A stretch of DNA of 55,554 nucleotides, counting the filler, from Jimgerdemannia flammicorona (lineage: Eukaryota): NCBI GenBank assembly GCA_003990765.1. It is 2 parts of 2 records of this genome, joined end to end, with 100 filler letters (N's around TTAATTAATTAA, not from the genome) between each part and the next. Parts side by side here need not be neighbours in the genome. Positions count along the whole stretch, not along the records: positions 27,837 to 55,554 come from RBNJ01000611.1; 1 more part is not named here. One strand, given 5' to 3'. Positions 38,301 to 49,347 of the stretch are shown piece by piece. The position numbers were made by a program, and so were the translations under genes. The notes below the pieces were generated by a model, which ran no database searches, had not been told where the DNA came from, and was given only the letters and a program-made list of their open reading frames with translations. Each line of letters opens with the position of its first letter. Position 1 is the first letter of the stretch.

Positions 38301-39150
38301 GTTTTCTCCAAACCATTTCCCAAGCCCTGCAGCCCGAATTCGCTGCCATCGTGCTCTCGGGCTTGACTTCGTCCATCGCCTTGCACAAAGTTGTGCTGGT
38401 GACCGCTCGTACGGAATGAGTTGCAGAAAATTCTAACCAAAGCGTGGAATAATAATAATGGTGCGCCATGCTTTTTGAACCATCTAGCGGCTGGCGGGCT
38501 TGGACAGTTTGCTATGCAAGTGGCAAGGATGGCCGGGTGTCATATTATTGAGACTTGATCCAGGTATGGTAAATCTAAAAATAAGAATGATAATACCCAG
38601 GTTGGCTATACTACGTACCTACATTTATATACATTCAGCGACGACAAGGTCAAGATGCTCAAGGTACATAGCTATACTCGTGAATCCGGGTCATTCACAA
38701 CGATCTCGGTTTCCCCAAGACATCAATTGCCAATAAACTATATACAAGAAGGAAAACTTCTCAGAGGTCCTTGCCAACGAGTATCCCACGAGCATCGAAG
38801 TCATCTTTGATTTGGTCGGCGGCGAATTCTTCGACATTTGCATGAAGCAGTGCGTCGAATCCCTTTCTCGTCAGGAAGCTTCTTTGACTTTGGATCTTAC
38901 TTTTGCGTGTCCATAAACCCCATCCGCACGTTCGACCTTCCATAGCCTCGCCATCGAAGGTCGCCTCGCCGTTATGGGCGCCGTTGGGTCCTACACGTTC
39001 GACAAGGGTCCCACCAGCACATTGGTTGACACGCTGAGGCAGCTGATAAAATCGCAGACCGTGGCGCGTTTCTATTTTTTCAACTGGGAAAGCGATTTTC
39101 AGGCGCATATGGACACCCTCGTAACCGAGTTCTGTACGACGCGTCATTGA
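38301..39150 (+). pseudogene. ZADH2/PTGR3-like NADP-dependent MDR oxidoreductase pseudogene (central part only)
   Basis: Exonic pieces PEFAAIVLSGLTSSIALHKVVLVTA, AAGGLGQFAMQVARMAGCHIIET*S, DDKVKMLK, PINY(frameshift)KKENFSEVLANEYPTSIEVIFDLVGGEFFDICMKH, LAIEGRLAVMGAVGSY; contains a stop, a frameshift and deletions. Confidence 0.82.
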
Positions 39151-39830
39151 TACTGCTGGGCTGAAAGGGGTATGTCACCCTCTCGTTTTCTCTGATCTTT
39201 GCTTATATTATGGACGAGTCATTGTCGACGACTAAGACATGCACCGCACCTAAACCGTTTCCATGGTCCACCCATACGGCTTGAGAGCATTTCCCAAGCC
39301 ATTGCACATTCATATGTTTGCTGCCTCGCTTATGTCAATTTATCTTCGTTACCAGAAAAATGAAAAAGAATAATGGTATGGGGGGAGGGGGGAGGGGGGG
39401 AGGGGGAATTATTCACGATCTTATGAATTAATAAGAAACTAACGACCCTACGCTACCAAACAGAGCGGTAGAAGCCTCGGCAAAATCGTCATCCCTCTTT
39501 TCTGACGGCATGGCCACCAAAGTTTGTCAATGATTCTGGCGTCGGGGATTTTGATATATTGCGTAGGATGAAACCCATGTAACGAGCTGACTTTGTTCGA
39601 ATCAATAACTGCTTCTGAATGTACGGGCCTATATATTTCAAATATGGTCCGAGTACGATATTAATATAGCTAGTTGGGATCACTATCGTGCCGAATTTGG
39701 GTTTACACGATTAATTCATTATCACCGGATGGATTTGTTGACATAAATAACGAAAACACAACGAGAAAAGCAGAGAAAGGTATAGTAAATTACATATTTC
39801 CAAAAAAAAAAAAAAAAAAAAAAAAGAGTT

Positions 39831-41720
39831 CTAATACAAAAAAACAAAACTAGGATTTTTGTCGCCTAAATCGTCCACCTCATCCTCTGTCAATCCAGCT
39901 AATGCGGCCTCCTTTTCCTTTGCCGACATCCTCGCGCGCCTTGCGTTCTCTCTCACAAAATAAATCCTCATAAGGATCGTTCCCAGCATGATCACGATCA
40001 GCATAATAAAATTGATGACGTGTCCTGGCAGGAAGCGTGGCGCATCGACGGTGCGGTAGCAGAAGGCACCAATGGCACCCGCCACACCGCCACCCATGAC
40101 GGTCATGCCGGTGGCGACACCACGCTTGGTGATGCCGCCAATGTTGTTGGTCATGTAGGTGGCAAGCAGCGGGATGTTAGGATAAACACCAAAGGAGGCG
40201 AGGCAGAGAGCGAAGAAGAGCACAGGCGCGTCGTCCTCGACAATGATGAGGATTACGAAGCCGATCACACCGATGAACGAGTAGCTGAGTAAGAGCCAGG
40301 AACGCGCAAAATATTTGCTGAGCGGGCTGGAGAGGAGTTGGCCGATGAAGCTGTGGTGTTGGACAGAGGATGGTGTTTGGTAATTAAGGAGATGGAATCA
40401 AGGGGGGTTAACCACAATATACGAACATGTGGCGGTGGCATAGCATACCCGCAAAGCGCCGGCAGAGAGGACATGGCCTGAGCTTGGAAGGCTTGATAAC
40501 CCAAAGCGTTGATCAAAGTGGGCAAAAAAACTGAAATAGTAGAGGCGTTGACGTTGATGGCAAAGAACATGACAGCAAAGACGTAGCACTTCCAATCTAT
40601 CAAAGCGTCGTATATCTGCCTCTTTGATAACTTTGCGGTAGAGGCGATGGCCTTCTCGGCACCAAGCCGGGCGAGCTCCACGCTCTTCTCCGCCTCGGTC
40701 AAGAACCGAGCAGTCTCGGGGAAATCCTGGACGTAGAAGTACGCCACTATGGCCAGGAAGGCGGAGATGCATCCTTCGATCAGGAAGATCCACTGCCACG
40801 AGTTTAGACCACCGCCATTGATGGTCGATAGGCCGGCGGCGATGGGCCCACCGAAGACGCCGCTAAGTGTTCCCGTGGCGAAGAAGAGAGACATGCGCGG
40901 GCCTTGTTCGGCCTTGGTATACCTTGGGATGTACAGAGAAGGCTTGGTTTGTGAGGAAAAAAAAAAAAAAAAAAAAAAAACAATTTTGAATATAATGATT
41001 TGAGATGATGAGAATGCTTACCAGAAGGTCATGTAATAGACAACACCTGGGGTGAAGCCGGCTTCAGCAGCGCCTAGGAAGAGACGCGCAACAATAAGCT
41101 GGTTGAGGTTCTTGCAGAAGGCCATGCCAATGCAAGAGGCGGACCATATGAGAATGAGTGTGGGGAGCCACCGCGAAGGACGGGATTTCTTCATCATAAG
41201 ATTGGAGGGAATCTCGAAGATAATATAGCCTAATCGCCAGAAGTAAGTACGCGTATCAGGAGATGGTGGTACCGGAATACTTCATTTGCATAGCATGAGA
41301 GGAATACTCACTGACAAAAAACAGAGAGATGGCAAGATTGATATCATCTCCCTTAAGATTCAAATCCGTTGTAAGACCAGCAATCATTGCGTTGCCACTG
41401 GCGAAGACGAGTGGGAAACACTTTGTTCGTGTGAGTTCATGCAAGAAAGGATGTCAACGACTATGACATCTGATCGAACAAGAATGAGCTCACATGTTGG
41501 CGCGGTCCATGACGGCGAGGAGGTACACTAACGACAGGGCCGGCAATAGGCGCCAATCAGTCTTCCACAAGTAAGATCTGACAATAGCGGGATCTGGTTG
41601 TGTATTCTCGAGGTCGGAGATATCCATGACTTTCTCGGACGCAGTGTTTTGAGTCCTTTCAAGTCGCGTTTCGCCGGATATGATTGACATGCCGTCGGGA
41701 AGAATGGGGGGGTGGGACAT
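39831..41720 (-). CDS. MFS transporter, anion:cation symporter family (Tna1/Dal5-like), about 5 exons
   Basis: WKTDWRLLP, DRANI|GNA, YIIFEIPSNLMMKK, RLFLGAAEAGFTPG, W|YTKAE, WQWIFLIEG, DFPETARFLTEAEK, NIGGITKR, DLGDKNPSFVFLY. Confidence 0.93.
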
Positions 41721-42184
41721 GATTCGTGGAGCTGAACGTGTTATAGGAACAGGTAGCTAACAGGAGGGGGGGGGAAAGGGGGAGGTGAGCATTTGCGTGG
41801 ATTTATATACATTATCAGGGTCTCGGCCGTCAGGTTGATGCCTAGAGTAGGGCTTACAACCATGCCTTTGAATGACGGAATTGTGTGATCGGGGAAATCG
41901 ATTTGTTCTCTTGATTCTAAGGGCGTGGTCGCACACACCTTGCTCCCTGATCAAGCCAGAAGAAATAGCGTTCAGTAACCAGTAACTGTTGTCATGAAGT
42001 AGCACCTATTTGAGGAGTCCGTAAACAGTCACGGGAGTTTGATTGAATAAGCTCAACTAATCAATACTAATCAGTGAGGCACGGCGTGGGAAGGCTTTTT
42101 AGTGCAATGTTGTGGCGTTAGTGGAACGGAGGGTCCTTGCGTGTTGAGGACATGTCGGCGTGATCCGTGATTTGATCGAGACGT

Positions 42185-42639
42185 GATTTTGCGTGACCAT
42201 CGGCCATTTCTGGTACACATTCATAATCACACCTTCGCGCGCACCACAACCAGAGCCAACAGGCCCTCATTCTTCCGAGATCTAGAACGCCGGGAAATGT
42301 GCTGATTGATCAGTTTGTACGGCACTTCTCCGACCCGAGATGGTCGCCCTCGACTAACCTCTCCTTGATCACATCTCTCTTGCACTACTTCTACGCTACC
42401 TAAGGTCACCGGCCGCGAGCTCTTTAACGACGGGTTCGCCACATCGGCCGTCGCGCGAGGCTCAAATTTGACCTTACTCCCGATGACGTTGTCGCAACCT
42501 TCACGACAGTACATCGCCCGCGCCTACTGCGACTTCGGCCCGCGAGGTGCTCGTCAGCGCGGGGAGGGGGACGCGGAACCCGACACTGATGCGGATGCTG
42601 CGCGAGCGGATGGCAGAGTGGGGACCGAAGTCAGAATAG
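42185..42639 (+). pseudogene. Anhydro-N-acetylmuramate kinase / levoglucosan kinase-like pseudogene
   Basis: In order across frameshifts: PGNVLIDQFVRHFSD (42290), PKVTGRELFND, LTPDDVVATFT, QYIARAY, EVLVSAGRGTRNPTLMRMLRE. A weaker IG-ISGT remnant lies near 42195-42215. Confidence 0.78.
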
Positions 42640-43943
42640 CAATCTTTGATCGGGCATGAATTGAATTTGGACATGAATTTGGGCACAAAGTAATAGAATA
42701 TGAGAAGAATTTTTTTTAGAAATAGATAAGATTGGTTTAGATGTGAATCTGTGCACGGGAGGCCAGCGGTGCCGAGGTGTACGGGAACGAGGGAAGCTGC
42801 TGTGTGGATTACATTGAGTTGATGAGAAGGGTGGTGAGAACTATGGAGGAGTGCAGCTAATCGATCGATTGGGAAGGATGTATATATTAGTGCCGTAGAC
42901 GTGGATCGGATGATGGGAAACTCTTTTCATCGAGTTGCTACCACGGAGAGAGACAATGAATATGTCCCTTGTGGTTGAACGATTTTGAGAAGAGAAGGAT
43001 TTCATATGAGGTGAAGTTTATTTAAGGATGCAGGGGAACTTCGAAATTGCCTGCTTAAATTTGTGGCTTTGAAAATGCAATCTGACTCAGGACTGACCGG
43101 ACTGACCTTGATTTGGTAGGCAGCAGTCCAGTGAGACAATAGTGACGAGCCTTCATTATGAGCAAGCAAGCAATAGTATTCTGACAGCAGTCCGGTGAGA
43201 AATTTCAGATAAGAATTAGTGAGTGATGTAACAGATACTAAGATGCTGTATACCACTCACCAAACCACTATTATCCATCTGCAACAAGACTGTTCTAAGG
43301 ATGCAGTCACTGCCTTTATTCTACATTGACAATAGTCTATGAAAATTGACTTGTTGGATCTATGACATCAACAAAATACTGACAGCTCAGATACAGCCAC
43401 TCTTTTGCCATAAAGTCCTGTACCAGATCAGATATATATGTATATTGTCAACCTCTGCTCTATTAGTGTGCTCACCAACTCATAACCCACCAATCAGAGA
43501 ATATCTCTTCTTATTCATTATTGACCTCCTCTTGATCCTATACAGACTGCATACCACTTGATGCCCTGCACAACCCAGCCATGGTCAGCCTATGCCAGCC
43601 ATCTCCTGGACACTACTATTAGTATATTTGTAAGCTTTTTTACTATCTCCAATTATAGATCTGTATACTAATACTATAGTTTTTATATATTATATATATA
43701 TACATATTCTAGCTATATCTTAGATACCTATATTATATAATAATAAAAAAGAAGAGATTGATGAGCAGATTGAAGGGTTAGAATATTTTATACTCAACTC
43801 TGCCAAGTTAGTAAATATATATATATATATTGTATAGAAAAATATACTACAATCTAAACATCACTAATTTATATATCTGCTTTCACAAATACCATATAAA
43901 TTCTATTGATATATAAACCCAATCATCATTATAGTAAGTATTC

Positions 43944-43946
<3 letters not shown>

Positions 43947-43976
<30 letters not shown>
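43947..43976. repeat. (TA)n microsatellite next to a retroposon insertion site
   Basis: About 15 TA units. Confidence 0.9.
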
Positions 43977-43978
<2 letters not shown>

Positions 43979-43993
43979 GGATTAATAGCAGTA

Positions 43994-45179
43994 CAGCTTC
44001 TTTCTCCACTATCTTACCAGTCATAAGGTTTGGTAGGCAATCTTCCAAGTCCCCTTTCCCCTATTATTACCCCCTCTACCTCAGGTTGGTTTGCTGTGCC
44101 TGTAAGGGCATAGTGGGAGGAGGGCAATGGTGATGAGTTGCCCCTTTATCGGTGTCAGATTGGTGCTTCCTGCACTTTTTCGCAGATTCTGGTGCCTTCA
44201 GCTGCATCTGAGGTGTATCTGTTTTGGTGCAGTGTCTTTTTCCTTTTGCCATTGCCAACAAGGTATTGTCTCAGTGTGTCTCGGGCTACGTAGGGAGTCG
44301 GCTGACCTTGGGTGTCAAGTGCTCAGTATAGGTTACCTGCAGGTCCTTAGTACCTGTGGTGGGGCCCTCTGGCTTTGGTGAGCTTCCCAGCGAGCACGGT
44401 TCTGGCATAGGTGACTGTTTTTTGGGTGTTGTCAGGATGGGAGGGGAGATGGCCATCACAGATAGGTGGAAGGGTGATTACAGTGAACTAGTAGGGTGCT
44501 AGGCTGGGGGCAGTCATCAGGGCTGGGGCAAGTACTGCTTCAGTGGAGCCTTTTGATTAGTATGGGTGGTTAGGTGGTAGGTGTCACTATTGGCTTCTTT
44601 TGGCGGTCAGCGGGGTTGGGCCCCAGTCATCAGGGGGGGTCAGGAGACCCGAGGCTACCTATTTCAGACGCCTTGGCTGTACTTAACTAGAACTGGGAGC
44701 TGACATGGCAACATAATCAAGGCCTACAGGCTTGAGTAGTAGGGTATTAGGGGTTTTCTCCCGCCTTATGTGTAAGTCCTTTACTCACCTCAACTGGGAG
44801 AACCAGGCCCTACCCACCATGTTGTGCTTTGATGAGGGTTTTTTTTTTGCCTGTCATTCTCTTTGGGGTGGCAGGGGCTATTCTATTCAGCTCAAGCATG
44901 GCCTTGTATATATATTGAGTTCTCAGGCATGCGCTTTCGGTCGTTGGCATATGGTTGGGTTTCCCCTGGTGGTAGAGAGAGCATGGTACACAGAATGAGG
45001 TGTGGGCCTCCATTGGCCCTGCTGCACCTGGTATAGTCGAGCTGCTGGACAATAGCTAGCCTAGGTTAATGGGGGGGCAGTGCTTGGTGGGTGGTGGGGG
45101 AGGGTTTTGGCCTATATAGTCTAGGTTCCCTTCCAATAAAAATCCACAGGACATGAGTCCATAAAACAAAAAAAAAAAA
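43994..45179 (+). mobile_element. Non-autonomous polyadenylated retroposon (SINE-like), copy 2
   Basis: Perfect TSD TGGATTAATAGCAGTA (43978-43993, 45180-45195); A-rich tail; AATAAA at 45135; same 5' start as copy 1. Confidence 0.93.
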
Positions 45180-45774
45180 TGGATTAATAGCAGTAATAAG
45201 CTAAGTAATGGTAAGGAAATTTCAGTAGCTATATTGTACTTACAATAATAGTAAATAGGATATGAGATAAGGATAGTTGACCAGGAGACAGCATATCTCA
45301 TAGTTCACAGAAGGGCAGGGAAGATAGTCTCAGAATAGTAAGAAATATCTAAATTAATAGATAACAGACCTTGGAATCATTATCAGAGTATTAGGATAAA
45401 ATGTATATAACTATTCAGACATATAGATGTCTGCTATATATCAAAGTAACTTTCTGCAGAGAGCTTGTATAAGATGGCATATTTAATTCCTAGATAATGT
45501 GAATTAGACAATAATTAAACTAAGTAATATCTAAAAAATTGATAAATAATATAGGTAGATATCAAGATTCAATACTTATAATAGGGTTAGAAAATAGAAA
45601 TCACCAGAGGACATCAACCTCTTCTCTTGAATAAAATGCTATTTTGTCTCACTGTTATAGATAATATATGGACATTAGTATGATATTATTAATTATTTCA
45701 ATAATATATATATATATCATATCTAATTATTGTCTAGTATGTAGGCTGAAGGTTATTATAGAATTTATACTATA

Positions 45775-47157
45775 GGGGGAGGCCCTTAGAGGTTGGGGGG
45801 GTCGCTATATCTCCCTGGCAAGGAGAGTATCAATTCTGAATATCTACTGGTTCTCCAAGCTATGGTATGTAACCTATCACTTAGACTTCCTAGCTTGGGT
45901 GGTGAAGAGGCTGACAAAACTGACTAGAGATTGGATTTGGGCAGGGAGGAGGTCCCAGATCAGTTGGGATACTCTTGCAATGCTGGTAGTTAGAGGAGAA
46001 CTAGGTCTTGTGGATTTCTCTAAGTGGCTGCACTATCTGCAAGCTTGGTGATTGAAAAGGATTGTTGAACTGCAGGGAGGAGGTTGGGTGCCATTGATAC
46101 AGAAGGTGTGGGAGTTGAGATTCTCCCCCCAGAGGTTTTTGGGGAATTTGCTCTCTTTGGTGGGTCTGAATGGAAGCTGACAGCTAAGGTATAAGAGCTT
46201 TTGGTGGAGAGTAATAGATGGAGTACACCAGATAGACCTGTACTGACAAGATAATGAGAGAGAGGTATAGTGGGATCCAGCTATGTGGCAATAGGACAGA
46301 CTGCTTCTGGGGAGTATTCCACTTGATGAGTTTGATATTAGTGATAGAATAGAGTATCAGCAGAGATTTGGTTAGGATCTTTGGCCAAGTGTTTGGTAGG
46401 CAGTAAGGATTGGCAAGGAGTGAGACTGAGCAGAAGTCTGGTTATGAAGTGCTAAAGTATAGAGGTGGCTTCCTCCCAAGTTCTGGGTGGTATTGTGGCA
46501 GATGCTGAGAAGAAATATCATGTTGAATTTCCATACTAGTCATATAGTGGATGGTGGCCAATTAGATTGTGAGAAATATTTTAATATAGGGTAAGTTGGA
46601 GGATTTGTACAAATATCAGAACATTGGCTAGGAGAGTGTGAGGTTCTGGGGAACTTTTGGATAGTAGTAGAGGACCAATTGGATGTAGAGAGAAGGCTGG
46701 ATGGAGAGAGAGGTCATTGGGAGGATTTGAAATCTCAATTAGTAGGAGGTGTCAGCAATAGTTGGCTCACTGTAGAGTGGGTTTTAGCAGTGTGGGTAGG
46801 GTTGGCTGGACATTGGCTCTTTGTTTTTGAGAAAGGGCAACAGATGGATATATAGGAAAAGTTATTAAGGTAGGAGAGGTTGTTGGGAGATCTGCTGACT
46901 GGGTGGTGGATTGATTGGGGTCTCCAGGGTAGGTGATGTCACTATCTGATGGAAGGGATCTGTGAACAGAGTGGTAGACAGGTGGAGATAGTATTTGACA
47001 AAGTAGTCTTTCACTGAGAGAGAGTGGGGGGGAGAGATGGAGGGGGGGGTCCCTTAGGAGGATCAGATAGGGGTGGACACTGTGTATTATATAGAGGATA
47101 GACAGATGTATTAAAAAGAAAAGAGTCCAAGAAACTAAAAAAAAAAAAAAAAAAAAA
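45775..47157 (+). mobile_element. 5'-truncated LINE (ORF2 C-terminus, 3' UTR, poly(A))
   Basis: EHWLGECEVLGNFW Zn-finger tail homologous to ~360-410 minus; 21-nt poly(A); TSD TAGAATTTATACTAYA (45759-45774, 47158-47173). Confidence 0.87.
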
Positions 47158-47435
47158 TAGAATTTATACTACAATTCTTCATCTGTCATCACAATGATGA
47201 ACCCCCCCTACCCTAGATGCTGATGGGATAGATAGAGGACTGTACAGGTATAGGTCCAGAATGATGATAGATTAACAAAATAAATCTCAAAGTATTGTTC
47301 ATTCTATTAGTGTTATATCATTACTTATATTAGCTTTAGATAGTATATATATATTAGGATAATTCTCAGTAACCCTCAGCATTCTATTTTGTAGTAATTG
47401 CTGTTTTACCTTACTATTAAAAATGAGACAGATAT

Positions 47436-48792
47436 TGTAACATGCCAGCTCAATAGAGGCAAATTACAAGATTGGGGGTTGATATAGTTTGGCTTGAGCC
47501 CCTAGTTACTTTATCAAAAAGTAATAAAATATTCTAAGATTCCTGAGGTCCTTGGTGTTTAGTGGTATAATAGTTAAAGTTGGATATCTGTGAGCAATTT
47601 GTGTATTGATTTCCTAATTGGAATGGTTCTTCTGGGTGTAGCAGCAATTTGTAACTAGGTTTCCTTCTTGAGTAGCTGTTGATTTCTTTGTGTAGTGTGA
47701 TGATCTCCTTGTATATGATGGTCTGGTAATTTAGCAGTTCTCCTTATGCGATTTCTACATGACAATCTTGTGTAGCACAAGTGGATTCCTTATTCGGATC
47801 AACTGGGAATGGCAGGATTTGTATGTAGTATGAGCAGTTTCCAAAAGTGTGTGATTTCTGGATATTGGTCTTGGTATGATAATCTTGGGAATTATACTGA
47901 CACAGTTTCTTCTGTACCAGGCTCACTGAAAATGATGAATAACTCGGATGTCATAAATCGGGCTCTTCTGGAAATATGGATAACTTGTAAATGATGGATG
48001 ACGTGGGTTCTCCTGAATCGGCAGGCTTCTCAAAAATGGTGGCTTCAACTGGAAATTAACTCAGATGGTGTGGATTCTTCTAAATTGGCAGCTTCAACTG
48101 GGAATACTATAGTGTGGATTCTTCCTGAATTAGTGGCTTGGTTGGAAAAGAGTCTCTTGGTGAAGTTATGTTAAAGACTGGCTTTATTTGTGTGAATGGA
48201 TTTACTGCAAAGTTGCATCAGAAACTGGCTTGAGTAAGGTGGCTTTCTTTTAAGTGGTAGAAATCTTTAGGCTTATCTGGCAAGCAAACCAATAATAATA
48301 ATTCCAAAGGCGGTGAAGTTCTTCCTTGAACTTAGGTGGTAAACTCAAATTCTTCAGGCTTATCTGGCAAGCAAACCAATCAATCTTTGTATCGGAAAGT
48401 GGACCAGAGTAGAATAAGGGGACCAATGCTCAATCTTTAGAGACTTCTTTGGTTTACACTTCAATTTGGACTGAGGTTTATTCACTCTTATCTCTGGGGT
48501 AATTTATACAAGTTGGTTGCTATCTGGTTACTATGTGGCTAACTATAGATCTGCTACTTATGGTAGGTATATAGAGTCTGTATGGTGTACAGGACCTGTA
48601 CAGTATACAGAGTCTGTATGGTATACAGAGTCTATATAGGTAAACAGACCCTTTCTAGTATGTCTGGCTATTTATACAGTTTTCTGCAGCAATGGTTACT
48701 GGTTACTATACTATATATTTATGTTATCTTGGCTAATTATTTGTGTCATCTGATTAAGGTATAATTTGTGTAGTATGTTTTGGTTTGTCACA
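47436..48792 (-). repeat. Long (~1357 bp) 3' LTR of gypsy B with internal 18-bp and ~45-bp repeats
   Basis: Termini TGTGACA...TGTTACA; TATAAA/AATAAA core resembling the gypsy A LTR; end homology to 24198-24977. Confidence 0.8.
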
Positions 48793-48831
48793 TCAGCCCC
48801 CACTGAAGGATAGTCTGTCTCAGACTATTCT

Positions 48832-49347
48832 TCAGTCATCATCACAATAAGCATAGACTGCTTCTGCATCTATACCTGTTCTATCATCTTCATTATCTGT
48901 ACTAGGATCACTCTATTCTATGGGCTCTTCTTCTTCTTTGGGGAATAGAATTTCAACAGAGTTGATGATACTCAAATAGGTAACAGAGTTCATTCCTTGA
49001 ATGTCATTCAGGGAGAATTATGCCTGTGTCAGGGCTGTGACATTTTATTTATAGATAGTATATAGTCTGTCTGTGGTAGTAGTATCTCTTCTGGTCAGAC
49101 CTGTAGTGTTCCTGATATAGGTCTACTCTGGGACTGGGAGATTCTGTAATTGTTCACTAATTGCATAATAGGCCTGTAGTTGGTGGACTTGTAGTAGGCA
49201 TCTGGCCAAGGTGAGATTTTCTTGATGAGCTTGGATCCTCTGAAGGGGGCTTCCATTAGCTTGGCCAAATTGGGGTAAAGGAACTGGTAGGGCTTGGAAG
49301 GAGCTGAGGACCAATGTCTGGAGGCACTGATCAATCCTTTGGCTCAT
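48832..49347 (-). pseudogene. Relic ORF3 of gypsy B, unknown function
   Basis: MSQRIDQCLQ...LQAYYAISEQLQNL...YIRNTTGLTRRDTTTTDRLYTIYK*NVTAL...AYCDDD*; single frame with TAG/TAA stops. Confidence 0.68.

Noticed and set aside
38761..39147. 128-aa minus-strand ORF
   Set aside because: Antisense shadow of the ZADH2-like pseudogene.
43000..43620. Partly CpG-depleted stretch with possible minus-strand splice sites
   Set aside because: Multiple stops in the frames I read and no identifiable homology.
43994..44330. HDV-like ribozyme at the retroposon 5' end
   Set aside because: The 5' GGCUCC could pair with GGGAGUC followed by GG, but I could not build P3/L3 or the catalytic junction; a covariance search on a restored consensus would be needed.
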